Of a DNA stretch of 64,000 bases, positions 55,593 through 64,000 are shown piece after piece. Numbering within the stretch: the first letter of the stretch is position 1; each line of letters opens with the position of its first letter. Source of the DNA: Candidatus Actinomarina sp. (lineage in GTDB: Bacteria > Actinomycetota > Acidimicrobiia > Actinomarinales > Actinomarinaceae); NCBI GenBank assembly GCA_038142145.1, contig JAYQJM010000005.1, positions 366,114 through 430,113 on the forward strand. The letters are read 5' to 3'. The position numbers and the translations under genes are program-made. The notes under the pieces are model-generated. The model saw nothing but the letters and a program-made list of their open reading frames with translations, ran no database searches and was not told where the DNA came from.

Positions 55593-57578
55593 TTGAGTAA
55601 TTTCAAAGGGTCAAAATCTTGGCGTCTTATATTACTTTTCTCAGTTTTTGCACTAGTTGTTGTTGCATGTGGCGACACAGCAGAAGAAGTAGTGGAGGAA
55701 ACTCCTGAAACTACTGCTGCTCCAGCAACTACAGCTGCAGAAGCTGCTGAAGAAGCTCCATCAGGACCTGATGGCGTTTATAAGATGGCAATTTTCTCAG
55801 ATCCACAAACACAAAATTACTGGAATTACCTTGATACTGAAACTGACGTATGGACACAATACGTAATGTCAGCACAAGCAGTTTCTTTATTCTCAATCTC
55901 ATATCCTAACTATCAGTTAACAACTGGTGTAGCTTCCGAATTGGTAGAAGCATCTGTTGATAACGGTGATGGTACTTGGACTTACACAGTTCCAATGGTT
56001 GAAGGATTAGAGTGGAGTAATGGAGATGCAATCACTGCTAATGACATGGTATGGACATTTAATACTGTTAACGACTTAGGTCTTCTCAGCAACTGGGAAA
56101 CTTATTATCGTAAAGCAGTAGGTGTTGATGCAGAAGCAGAAGATTATCAACAAGGTATAGTAAGTCTCGTTGCTTTAGATGACTACACTGTCGAAATCAC
56201 ATTGAACTTCGACGCTGGTCTATCTGCATGGCAATATAGAATCGCACAATCACCTTTCTTGAATGAAACATATTGGTCACAATTTGCTTCTGACAGAGAG
56301 ACATTGTTAGCAGCTTCTGGTGCAGATGCACCTGTAGCAGGTGCATTTGTTTACGACAAAGTTGAACAAGGTGCTTTCTACACATGGAGTTATGATGCTG
56401 ACACAATGTGGTTTGGTGGAGAAACAACTATCTACAAGAGTGGTACAACATATGTAGTTGATAATGGTAAAGCACCAGCATTAGACCAAGCATTTGGTGA
56501 CACTACTGGTGAATCATTTTCATACACAAATGGACCTTTTGTAGGAACAGTTGAGTTCACACTATACAGCGATCAAGATGCTGCTTACTTAGCATTCCAA
56601 AACGGAGAAGTTGATTTCGTCCTTAACCCACTAGGTGTTAAGAGAAATCTTTGGGAAGAACTAGGAAGAGAGCCTGGCGTAGAAACTATTGCTAACTTAG
56701 GTAATGGTATGCGTTATATGGCATTCAACACACGTGTTTTCCCTGGAAGCGAGAAATCATTTAGACAAGCAGTAGCTTGTATCTCTGATAAAGAATTCGT
56801 TCTAAATAACGTTCTTCAAGGTGTTGCTGTAAACATGGATGGTCAAATGCCAGAAGCATTGACTGCATGGGTTGCACCGGTAACTGGAGTTCTTGCAGAT
56901 TGTGCTGGACTATCAGCTGAAGAAAGATTCAACAAATCAGTTGAAATTCTTCAAGCAGCTGGTTGGACAGCTTCTGATTGGGGTTCACATCCAGGTGGAG
57001 CAGAAAGAGCTGTTGCACCAACAGGAATTAAAGGACCTAATGGTCAAACACCACCAAGTGATATGTTGTTATATGCACCAGGTGCTGGTTATGACCCATT
57101 AAGATCAACAATGTCATTATTTATAGCTGATTGGATGCAACAGCTTGGATTTGACGTTACTGCGAGACCAACAGGTTTTAACGTTATTGTTGACCAAGTT
57201 TTCACACCAGAAAATTGTGAAGACTGGTATTTCTACATGTTAGGTTGGGGTTTGACAGCATTCCCTGATCATCCAGAGGCATTTTTCGCTTCTTACAATG
57301 ATACTTGTGAGGGTGGATATAATACTCCTGGATTTAACAATGCAGAATTTGACGCATTAGTTGGAGAATTCAATAAAGCAAAAACTGTTGCAGATGCAAT
57401 TGCTATCTCACAACAGATGGAAGCAATATTGTTCGAAGAATTACCTTACTTGGTACTATTTAATGTACCAACTCTTGAGGTATACAGAGGCAATGTAGAA
57501 TTCCCATTCACTGATGTATTAGATGGATTAACAGGAACTGGTGGAGGTTATCCTACATTAGTTAAAGTATCTAGCTAA
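55593..57578 (+). CDS. ABC transporter substrate-binding lipoprotein, family 5 (peptide/nickel/oligosaccharide type)
   Basis: 661 aa. The signal peptide has lipobox LVVVAC, followed by an acidic Ala/Thr/Pro linker and a family-5 SBP body. It sits upstream of the matching permease and ATPase genes. Confidence 0.88.
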   Translation: MSNFKGSKSWRLILLFSVFALVVVACGDTAEEVVEETPETTAAPATTAAEAAEEAPSGPDGVYKMAIFSDPQTQNYWNYLDTETDVWTQYVMSAQAVSLFSISYPNYQLTTGVASELVEASVDNGDGTWTYTVPMVEGLEWSNGDAITANDMVWTFNTVNDLGLLSNWETYYRKAVGVDAEAEDYQQGIVSLVALDDYTVEITLNFDAGLSAWQYRIAQSPFLNETYWSQFASDRETLLAASGADAPVAGAFVYDKVEQGAFYTWSYDADTMWFGGETTIYKSGTTYVVDNGKAPALDQAFGDTTGESFSYTNGPFVGTVEFTLYSDQDAAYLAFQNGEVDFVLNPLGVKRNLWEELGREPGVETIANLGNGMRYMAFNTRVFPGSEKSFRQAVACISDKEFVLNNVLQGVAVNMDGQMPEALTAWVAPVTGVLADCAGLSAEERFNKSVEILQAAGWTASDWGSHPGGAERAVAPTGIKGPNGQTPPSDMLLYAPGAGYDPLRSTMSLFIADWMQQLGFDVTARPTGFNVIVDQVFTPENCEDWYFYMLGWGLTAFPDHPEAFFASYNDTCEGGYNTPGFNNAEFDALVGEFNKAKTVADAIAISQQMEAILFEELPYLVLFNVPTLEVYRGNVEFPFTDVLDGLTGTGGGYPTLVKVSS

Positions 57579-57592
57579 TAAAATCATTATTT

Positions 57593-57630
57593 AAAATGGC
57601 GGGTAATTTACCCGCCATTTTATACTTTTA
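57593..57630 (+). terminator. Rho-independent terminator/attenuator between the SBP and permease genes
   Basis: AAAATGGCGGG-taattta-CCCGCCATTTT forms an 11-bp stem with a GC-rich core, followed by TATACTTTT. Confidence 0.78.
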
Positions 57631-57641
57631 AAAGGGTAAAT

Positions 57642-58814
57642 ATGTTTGAGTACATAATAAGAAGAACATTTCAGATGACTATTGTGTTTTTCTTATTCTT
57701 GATTTTTTCATACCTTCTTTTTAATGCAATACCTGGTAATGCTTTTTCTAATTTACTTTTAAATCCCAATTTACCACCAGATGCTTACGAAAAAGTTTTA
57801 GCTACTTATGGTTTAGATAAACCTCTTCTTGAAAGACTTCAATTGTATATTGTCAATTTCTTTAAAGGTGATTTTGGTTATTCCTATAAACAATTTCCCA
57901 AAACCCCTCTTGAATTAATTGCTGAGCGTTTACCTAGAACTTTAATGCTTTTTTCAATAGTTAATATTGTTGCTTTTTATACAGGCTTTTTTATAGGTAA
58001 AGTTCTAGCATGGAGAAGAGGTTCAAAATCTGAAACTTGGATTACCTTGACTTCTGTTTTTTCATATACAGTCTTTTATCCTTGGTTTGCATTAATGATG
58101 CTTTGGGTTTTTGGATATAAATTAGGTTGGTTCCCAATAGGTAAATTTCTTTATCCAGAAAAATGGTATGACGCACCATTTGACAGTGACATTGTTTTTT
58201 CATCAATGATCAAATTCACAATAGTTGTTACAATCATGCAGTTTATTGCTTATGTTGCTTCTAGGGGTATTGAATCTTTATCACTGAGAAGAAATATTCG
58301 ACTATCTAGTTTGATTGCTATCATTGCTGGGAGCTATTTTTACTGGAATACTGGTCAAGCTCTAGAAAAGAAAATATATGCCGCTGACATTGCATATCAT
58401 ATGATTTTACCTGTTATGGTAGTAACCATTGTTGCTTTTGCAGGAACTGCTCTATTAACAAGAACCACAATGATGGAAGTTTTAAAAGAAGACTATATTC
58501 TTACTGCTAGAGCTAAAGGAATCAGTCAAAAAAGAATACGTGACAGACATGCAGCAAGAACTGCTTTATTACCTGTTGTTACATCATTCATCTTTACTAT
58601 TGTCACAATTATTGATGGATCTGTATTAACAGAACAAATATTTTCTTGGCCCGGTATGGGTCAGCTTTTACTTCAAAGCGTTCTAGAAGAAGACTTACCT
58701 GTAGCTATGGCAACGTTTTCTTTTGTTGGAGTTTTTGCTTTAATTGCTCACTTAGTTGCAGATATTTCTTACTCATATTTAGACCCTAGAATAAGAATTA
58801 AATCACAAGGTTAA
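57642..58814 (+). CDS. ABC transporter permease (DppB/OppB-like)
   Basis: 390 aa with an N-terminal MFEYIIRRTFQM (typical of OppB/DppB), an EAA-like loop TARAKGISQKRIRDRHAARTAL, and six or more TM segments. Confidence 0.88.
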   Translation: MFEYIIRRTFQMTIVFFLFLIFSYLLFNAIPGNAFSNLLLNPNLPPDAYEKVLATYGLDKPLLERLQLYIVNFFKGDFGYSYKQFPKTPLELIAERLPRTLMLFSIVNIVAFYTGFFIGKVLAWRRGSKSETWITLTSVFSYTVFYPWFALMMLWVFGYKLGWFPIGKFLYPEKWYDAPFDSDIVFSSMIKFTIVVTIMQFIAYVASRGIESLSLRRNIRLSSLIAIIAGSYFYWNTGQALEKKIYAADIAYHMILPVMVVTIVAFAGTALLTRTTMMEVLKEDYILTARAKGISQKRIRDRHAARTALLPVVTSFIFTIVTIIDGSVLTEQIFSWPGMGQLLLQSVLEEDLPVAMATFSFVGVFALIAHLVADISYSYLDPRIRIKSQG

Positions 58815-58817
58815 ATA

Positions 58818-59897
58818 ATGGAACAATTCAACGAAAAAGAATTAAGAAAAAAACTTAGAAGAGAAGCTTTTAGAAAGAACTGGAAACTTTTCAAAGAAAG
58901 CAAACTGGGTATGGTTGGTTTGTACATTGTTGTGTTCTTTTTTATACTTGCAATACTTCAGCCATTACTTTTTATAACAGGAATTTGGAACAAGGGAATA
59001 TACGATCCAGTAGTTGGTTATGACTCTATAAGAGAAAATTTATTAGTAGTTGACTGTCCTAAAGCAAGTGAATATCCAACTGAAAAATATGAATCATATT
59101 TAGATTGTCCAGGAAAAGGTGAAATAAACAGAAAAACAATTTTAAATCAACCGACGTTAAAGGCTGGAGATTACTACGAAGCATTTGTACAACCTGCACC
59201 ACCATCTTCGAAACATTTTTTAGGAACAGATTCACTAGGTAGAGATATCTTTTCACAAATTATGGAAGGGAGTCAAGTAGCTTTTGTCCTAGGTTTACTT
59301 AGCGCTACGCTTGGAGTTGGCATCTCTACATTACTTGGAACAATTGCTGCATTTTTTGGTGGCAGAATTGATGCTTATTTAATGAGACAATCTGACTTAA
59401 TTTTAATGCTACCAACTCTGCCTTTATTGTTTATCATCTCTGCTTTCGCAGAGCTTAAAGTTTGGCATCTTGCTGTTGTTTTGGGAGTTCTTGGTGGGCT
59501 TGGTGGTTCTGTTATAACTATAAAGTCACAAGCTTTACAAGTGAAAGTTAAACCATTTGTTGATTCGGCAAGAGTTACTGGTGGATCTAATATGAAAATA
59601 TTATTTTCTCATGTGTTACCTAATGTTGCTCCTTTAGCCCTACTATTTATGGTTTTTAGCGTAACAGGTGCAATTGCTTCAGAATCAGTTTTATCATTCC
59701 TAGGTTTATTAAATATCGATATGAGTTGGGGAATTATGATTTACATTGCTCAAACAGATGGTTTTATATTTTCTGGTTTAAGATATTGGTGGTTAATCTT
59801 GCCTGCTGGATTAGCGGTAACCTTACTTGCTGGCGGATTTTATCTTGTTGGAAGAGGACTAGATGATGTGTTTAATCCTAGATTGAGAAAGAGGTAA
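58818..59897 (+). CDS. ABC transporter permease (DppC/OppC-like)
   Basis: 359 aa with HFLGTDSLGRDIFS, characteristic of OppC/DppC, and an EAA-like SARVTGGSNMKILFSHVLPN. Confidence 0.88.
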   Translation: MEQFNEKELRKKLRREAFRKNWKLFKESKLGMVGLYIVVFFFILAILQPLLFITGIWNKGIYDPVVGYDSIRENLLVVDCPKASEYPTEKYESYLDCPGKGEINRKTILNQPTLKAGDYYEAFVQPAPPSSKHFLGTDSLGRDIFSQIMEGSQVAFVLGLLSATLGVGISTLLGTIAAFFGGRIDAYLMRQSDLILMLPTLPLLFIISAFAELKVWHLAVVLGVLGGLGGSVITIKSQALQVKVKPFVDSARVTGGSNMKILFSHVLPNVAPLALLFMVFSVTGAIASESVLSFLGLLNIDMSWGIMIYIAQTDGFIFSGLRYWWLILPAGLAVTLLAGGFYLVGRGLDDVFNPRLRKR

Positions 59898-59899
59898 TT

Positions 59900-60874
59900 A
59901 TGTCAGAAACAGTATTAAAAGTTGATAACTTAAATATGCATTATGAAACCTCTGAAGGCAATGTAACAGCTGTAAAAGATGTAAGCTTTTCAATAAAAAA
60001 AGGAGAGTCTTTTGGTCTTGTTGGAGAATCTGGTTGTGGAAAAACTTCGGTAGCAATGTCTCTCTTACAGCTTCAAGCTGACAATGCAAAGATTTCTAGT
60101 GGAAGCATAATTTTAGACGGACAAGATTTAGTAGGTTTATCTGAAAACGAGTTAAGAAAAGTTAGATGGAATGGAATTAGTATTGTCTTCCAAGGAGCTA
60201 TGAATGCATGGAATCCTGTAGTAAAAGTAGGGGAGCAAATTAGAGAAGCAATAAGAGAGCATTATCCTAATAATTCAAAATTAGAAAACACAGAAAAAAT
60301 TGCAAGTTTATTTGAAATGGTAGGTTTAGATAGGTCAACAATGGACAGATTTCCACATGAACTATCGGGTGGAATGAAACAAAGAGCTGTTATAGCTCTA
60401 GCACTTTCATGCGATCCTAAAGTCGTTATTGCAGACGAGCCAACAACTGCTCTTGATGTTGTAATTCAAGACCAAATTTTAAAAGAAATTAAGAAAGTTC
60501 AAGAATTACTTGGTTTGAGTTTGATTTATATATCACATGATATTGCAGTAATAGCTGAAATGACTGACAATATGGCTGTTATGTATGCTGGTAGAATTGT
60601 TGAAAAAGGACCAACTGATAGAATATTTAGTTCACCTAAGCATGCTTACACACGATTATTACTTGAATCGACACCTTCAGTCGTTGGTGAAAAGAAAAAA
60701 TTACGTTCTCTTGATGGCGAACCTCCAAGTTTAATAAATTACGTTGAAGGATGTACTTTTTCTCCAAGATGTCCAGACCCTACAGATGAGTGTAAAAACG
60801 GCACTGTACCGATGGGTTTGATAGAAGTTGAGTCTGGTCATTTTGCAGACCAGTGTTGTGTAAATTGTAAGTAG
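59900..60874 (+). CDS. ABC transporter ATP-binding protein (DppD/OppD-like) with a Cys-rich C-terminal tail
   Basis: 324 aa with Walker A GESGCGKT, the signature LSGGMKQR, Walker B VIADEPTTALD, and the tail GCTFSPRCPDPTDECKNG...QCCVNCK. Confidence 0.92.
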   Translation: MSETVLKVDNLNMHYETSEGNVTAVKDVSFSIKKGESFGLVGESGCGKTSVAMSLLQLQADNAKISSGSIILDGQDLVGLSENELRKVRWNGISIVFQGAMNAWNPVVKVGEQIREAIREHYPNNSKLENTEKIASLFEMVGLDRSTMDRFPHELSGGMKQRAVIALALSCDPKVVIADEPTTALDVVIQDQILKEIKKVQELLGLSLIYISHDIAVIAEMTDNMAVMYAGRIVEKGPTDRIFSSPKHAYTRLLLESTPSVVGEKKKLRSLDGEPPSLINYVEGCTFSPRCPDPTDECKNGTVPMGLIEVESGHFADQCCVNCK

Positions 60875-60881
60875 GTATATA

Positions 60882-61835
60882 GTGAGTAAAAATTTAATTG
60901 AAGTAACTAATCTAGAGAAATACTTTGAAATATCTTCAGGAATGTTTGGAAGAAACAAAGCAACAGTTAAAGCAGTTGATGGTATCTCATTTAGTATCCC
61001 ATTTGGTGAAAGTTTAGGTTTAGTAGGTCAAAGTGGATGTGGTAAAACAACTACAGCCAGAGCCCTTTCACTACTAGATCCTAAAACAAATGGTGATGTC
61101 AATTTTTACAATCAAGAAACTAAATCAATGCAAAGTATTGATGACTTAGATGATATAGAACTAAAGAAATTCAGAAGAAACATACAGATGATTTTTCAAG
61201 ATCCGTATGAATCTTTAAATCCTAGATGGACTATTAAAGATATCATATTAGAACCATTGAACATTCATAATATAGGTGAGTTAAAAGATAGGGAAGAGGC
61301 CGTAGTTGAAATTCTTAAAACTGTAGGTCTCACTCCACCCGAAAACTATCTTCCTAGATATCCACATGAATTATCTGGAGGTCAAAGACAAAGAGTGTCT
61401 ATTGCTAGAACTCTTATCATGAAGCCTAAATTTGTTATTTGTGATGAACCTACTTCAATGTTAGATGTATCCATTCGCATTTCAATTATGGATTTAATGT
61501 TAAATCTTGCTAAAGATTTAGAAGTATCATATTTATATATCACACATGATTTAGCAGTTGCTAGATACATGTGTAACAGAATAGCAGTTATGTTTAATGG
61601 TAAAATTGTTGAAATAGCTGAAACAGAAGAATTGCTAAAAAATCCTATTCACCCATATACAAAGCGTTTAATATCTTCAATACCTGTCCCAGATCCTTCT
61701 TACGATAGGGTTGTTTATGATTTAGATTATGATGAGCTTGACTCAATAATCGAAAAGGATACTGAAAATATTGGCATGATTGATATTGGCAATGAACATT
61801 TTGTTGCAACTCATGATGTCAAAGGTCTTCTTTGA
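60882..61835 (+). CDS. ABC transporter ATP-binding protein (DppF/OppF-like)
   Basis: 317 aa with GQSGCGKTT, LSGGQRQR, and FVICDEPTSMLD. GTG start. It has no Cys-rich tail. Confidence 0.92.
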   Translation: MSKNLIEVTNLEKYFEISSGMFGRNKATVKAVDGISFSIPFGESLGLVGQSGCGKTTTARALSLLDPKTNGDVNFYNQETKSMQSIDDLDDIELKKFRRNIQMIFQDPYESLNPRWTIKDIILEPLNIHNIGELKDREEAVVEILKTVGLTPPENYLPRYPHELSGGQRQRVSIARTLIMKPKFVICDEPTSMLDVSIRISIMDLMLNLAKDLEVSYLYITHDLAVARYMCNRIAVMFNGKIVEIAETEELLKNPIHPYTKRLISSIPVPDPSYDRVVYDLDYDELDSIIEKDTENIGMIDIGNEHFVATHDVKGLL

Positions 61836-62362
61836 AATTTAAAGATATCTTTTTAATACCAAATTTAATAACTTTAACTAGATTTTTTTCTGCAATATTT
61901 CTATTTTTAAATTTTTCACCTTTCGATTTCATCCCAGTTAATCTTGTCTTAATAATTGCGATAATAGGTTTGTCCGATTCACTAGATGGAATAGTTGCTA
62001 GAAAATTTAATATGGTTTCTAAATTGGGTATAATTTTAGACCCTTTTACTGATAGAGCTGTTTTTCTTTTATTAATCTTTTGGGTAAATGAATTAATGTA
62101 TTCCTGGGTGTTTTATTCAATACTCTTAAGGGAAATATTTGTTATTATCGGCTCTCTTTTTGTTTTAAAATCTGAAAAAACAGTAACAGTCTCAAACAAA
62201 GGTAAGCTAGGGACAGTTTTTCTTTTTATACTTATTTGTTTATTTTCTCTAAATTTATCAATCCTCAATGAATTTGTTTTTTATTTTTCAATATTCACAA
62301 TAATATTTTATTTTTATGTTGCTTTTGAATATTTATACAATTTAATATATAAGAGTGAATAA
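61832..62362 (+). CDS. pgsA: CDP-alcohol phosphatidyltransferase
   Basis: 176 aa with DSLDGIVARKFNMVSKLGIILDPFTDR, matching D-x2-DG-x2-AR...G-x3-D-x3-D. TTG start. Confidence 0.85.
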   Translation: MKFKDIFLIPNLITLTRFFSAIFLFLNFSPFDFIPVNLVLIIAIIGLSDSLDGIVARKFNMVSKLGIILDPFTDRAVFLLLIFWVNELMYSWVFYSILLREIFVIIGSLFVLKSEKTVTVSNKGKLGTVFLFILICLFSLNLSILNEFVFYFSIFTIIFYFYVAFEYLYNLIYKSE

Positions 62363-62699
62363 CCATACTGTACCAATAACTAATAATCCCAATGAAATTG
62401 AAGAACCCTTGTATGTTCTTTCCTTGCTAAATAATGAATTAAAGACTACTTCATGGAAACTACACCTAGGAGACTATAGTATTGGACGCTCTAGTGAAAA
62501 CCGAATAATACTTGATGACATCACTGTATCAAGAAACCACTGTATTCTGCATATATTAAAAGATAAAGCTACTTTGATTGACTTAGATTCAACCAACGGT
62601 TTATTCGTTAATGGTGATTTAGAAGAAAAGGCTGAACTCAATTCCGGAGATCGTCTGCAAATAGGCAAGTATCAATTTTTATTAACAAAGTCTCAATAA
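62355..62699 (+). CDS. garA: FHA-domain protein, GarA/OdhI-like (compact)
   Basis: 114 aa. IGRSSENRIILDDITVSRNHCIL...DLDSTNGLFVNG...GDRLQIGKYQFLL parallels the GarA FHA domain. It is followed by a MerR-type gene, as Rv1827 is followed by Rv1828. Confidence 0.75.
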   Translation: MNNHTVPITNNPNEIEEPLYVLSLLNNELKTTSWKLHLGDYSIGRSSENRIILDDITVSRNHCILHILKDKATLIDLDSTNGLFVNGDLEEKAELNSGDRLQIGKYQFLLTKSQ

Positions 62700-63265
62700 T
62701 GAATATAGGTGAAGTTGTAAAAATAATTCAAAAAGATTACCCTTCAATTACAATTTCAAGAATAAGATTTCTTGAAAAAGAAGGATTGATAAAGATACCA
62801 AGAACAAAAGGCGGAACAAGAAAATTTAACAACAAAAATATAGAAGATATTAAAAAAATTCTAGAATTGCAAGAAAAACAATTTTACTCATTAAAAGCTA
62901 TAAAAAACAATCCGAATCTTCTTAATAAAAATAAAGTCAGTAAACCAGTTAATATTAAAAATTATTCTCTACACAGCATGTTGAAAGTAGCAGGTATAAG
63001 CCATGAACAATTCGCTTTACTTGTTGAATATGAATTTGAGTATGAACAAGAGAATTATACTACTAATGACATAGATAGGATGAAATCGTGGGCTTACTTT
63101 TTTAATTTAGGGTTAGAACCTAAGAATTTCTCTATTATAAAATCTCTTGCTGAACGTACTTCTGATTTTTTAGAATTAATAAATAGTGTAAATAATATAT
63201 CTGACAATAATGATTCAGCAAAACATTTTACTAATTTAATTCGGAGTTATTCATTAAACATTTAA
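62699..63265 (+). CDS. MerR-family transcriptional regulator (Rv1828-like)
   Basis: 188 aa. The N-terminus is IGEVVKIIQKDYPSITISRIRFLEKEGLIKIPRTKGGTRKF. Confidence 0.75.
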   Translation: MNIGEVVKIIQKDYPSITISRIRFLEKEGLIKIPRTKGGTRKFNNKNIEDIKKILELQEKQFYSLKAIKNNPNLLNKNKVSKPVNIKNYSLHSMLKVAGISHEQFALLVEYEFEYEQENYTTNDIDRMKSWAYFFNLGLEPKNFSIIKSLAERTSDFLELINSVNNISDNNDSAKHFTNLIRSYSLNI

Positions 63266-64000
63266 TATTATTCATTAGCTTATTACTTAGTAGTTAGTAC
63301 TTCATACGCAACTGAAATAGATAATGAAGAATTCACTACTGAGTATTATCTCTCATATGATCTTGATAATTCAACTATTATGTACTCTAAAAATCTAGAT
63401 GAAAGAATTTCACAAGCATCATTAACAAAACTGATGACAGCATTAATTTTATATGAATCTTTTGAAATCAACGAAAAAGTTAATATTTCTATCCCAGATA
63501 CATATACATATGCAGGCAAGGTTGCATATTTGAAAGATAATGAGCTTTTGTCAGTTGAACAACTTCTAAAGCTGCTTTTAATTTATTCAGCAAACGATGC
63601 TGCTTACGCTGTTGCCAATTTAGTAAGTGAGGATGTGGATAGTTTTGTAACTTTAATGAACACTAAAGCTAAACAGCTTGAAATGAACAATACTAAATAT
63701 ACAAATCCTGATGGCTTAGATGAAGATGGTCAATTCACTACGTTAAATGACTTACTTAAACTTAGTATTTATATATTAGAAAACACAAGATTATTAGCAA
63801 TAACTAAAGAATCAAGTTTTACATTAGAAAGAGATAATATAAATCAAAAATATGAATCAACTAACTATATTATTGATTCAGGATTTATAGGTCTAAAAAC
63901 AGGTTGGACATCAAAAGCTGGACTTACATTTATAGGTTTTAATCAAAATTCTGATAGGAATATATTAACTATTGTAAATAAATCTGTTGTAGATACCGAT
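63266..64000 (+). CDS. D-alanyl-D-alanine carboxypeptidase (PBP5/S11 family). It runs off the window end, and its start codon is unresolved.
   Basis: Absent from the ORF track because it is open at the edge. The frame reads YYSLAYYLVVSTSYATEIDNEEFTTEYYLSYDLDN...SQASLTKLMT (SxxK at 63419-63430)...YSANDAA (SxN)...GLKTGWT (KTG). The first in-frame ATG is at 63380. Confidence 0.8.

Noticed and set aside
63325-63402. The out-of-frame short ORF MKNSLLSIISHMILIIQLLCTLKI, as a displaced signal peptide for the carboxypeptidase.
   Set aside because: It is in a different frame and overlaps conserved mature-domain residues (EYYLSYDLDN). It would need a frameshift with no slippery site that I can see, so it is probably a chance hydrophobic reading of AT-rich DNA.
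1-64000. CRISPR arrays, tandem or interspersed repeats, IS elements, prophage genes, toxin-antitoxin pairs and defence systems.
   Set aside because: Reading both strands, I found no repeated spacer-repeat structure, no transposase, integrase or phage hallmarks, and no unexplained multi-gene block. Essentially every ORF of 100 aa or more has a housekeeping or transporter assignment. Repeat detection by eye is limited, so a dot-plot should confirm this.

Overview
This is a very AT-rich, extremely gene-dense bacterial chromosome segment. There is almost no intergenic DNA, and many adjacent genes overlap by 1-4 nt at their stop and start codons. I support about 75 CDS, two tRNA-Leu genes and one clear intrinsic terminator. 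I saw no rRNA, CRISPR array, transposase, phage integrase, toxin-antitoxin or recognisable defence genes.

Gene content and order look like conserved Actinomycetota core blocks joined end to end: ileS-lspA-rluA family-dnaE; polA-rpsA-coaE-uvrB-uvrA; uvrC-rapZ-pgk-tpiA-secG; trmI-prcB-prcA-pafB-pafC-tatA-tatC-helY; nadK-pyrG-xerD-scpA-scpB-rluB-cmk-der; and pgsA-garA-merR. Many genes that separate these blocks in larger actinobacteria are absent. From this I infer a genome-streamlined, low-GC planktonic actinobacterium, for example an Actinomarinales-like lineage; that lineage is a guess, not a database result.

This is core genome, not an accessory island, and I found no convincing novel multi-gene system. 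The observations most worth a second look are:
- An apparently intact 20S proteasome plus pafBC, with mpa, dop, pup and pafA missing from their conserved slots.
- A tRNA-Leu that folds with anticodon AAG (A34), wedged 4 nt from the genes on both sides.
- Two enzymes (an RluA-family synthase and a PBP5-type carboxypeptidase) whose conserved N-terminal parts lie upstream of any canonical start codon.
- An LspA with Glu in place of a catalytic Asp.
- -10 hexamers placed 6-7 nt before start codons at nearly every operon-first gene, which suggests leaderless mRNAs.
- All eight convergent gene junctions overlap or are only 3 nt apart.
- A substrate-binding protein gene whose composition differs from its neighbours, with its own 5' hairpin, a strong SD and an intra-operon terminator.

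All translations at the window edges and all short ORFs were done by eye, and I ran no searches.
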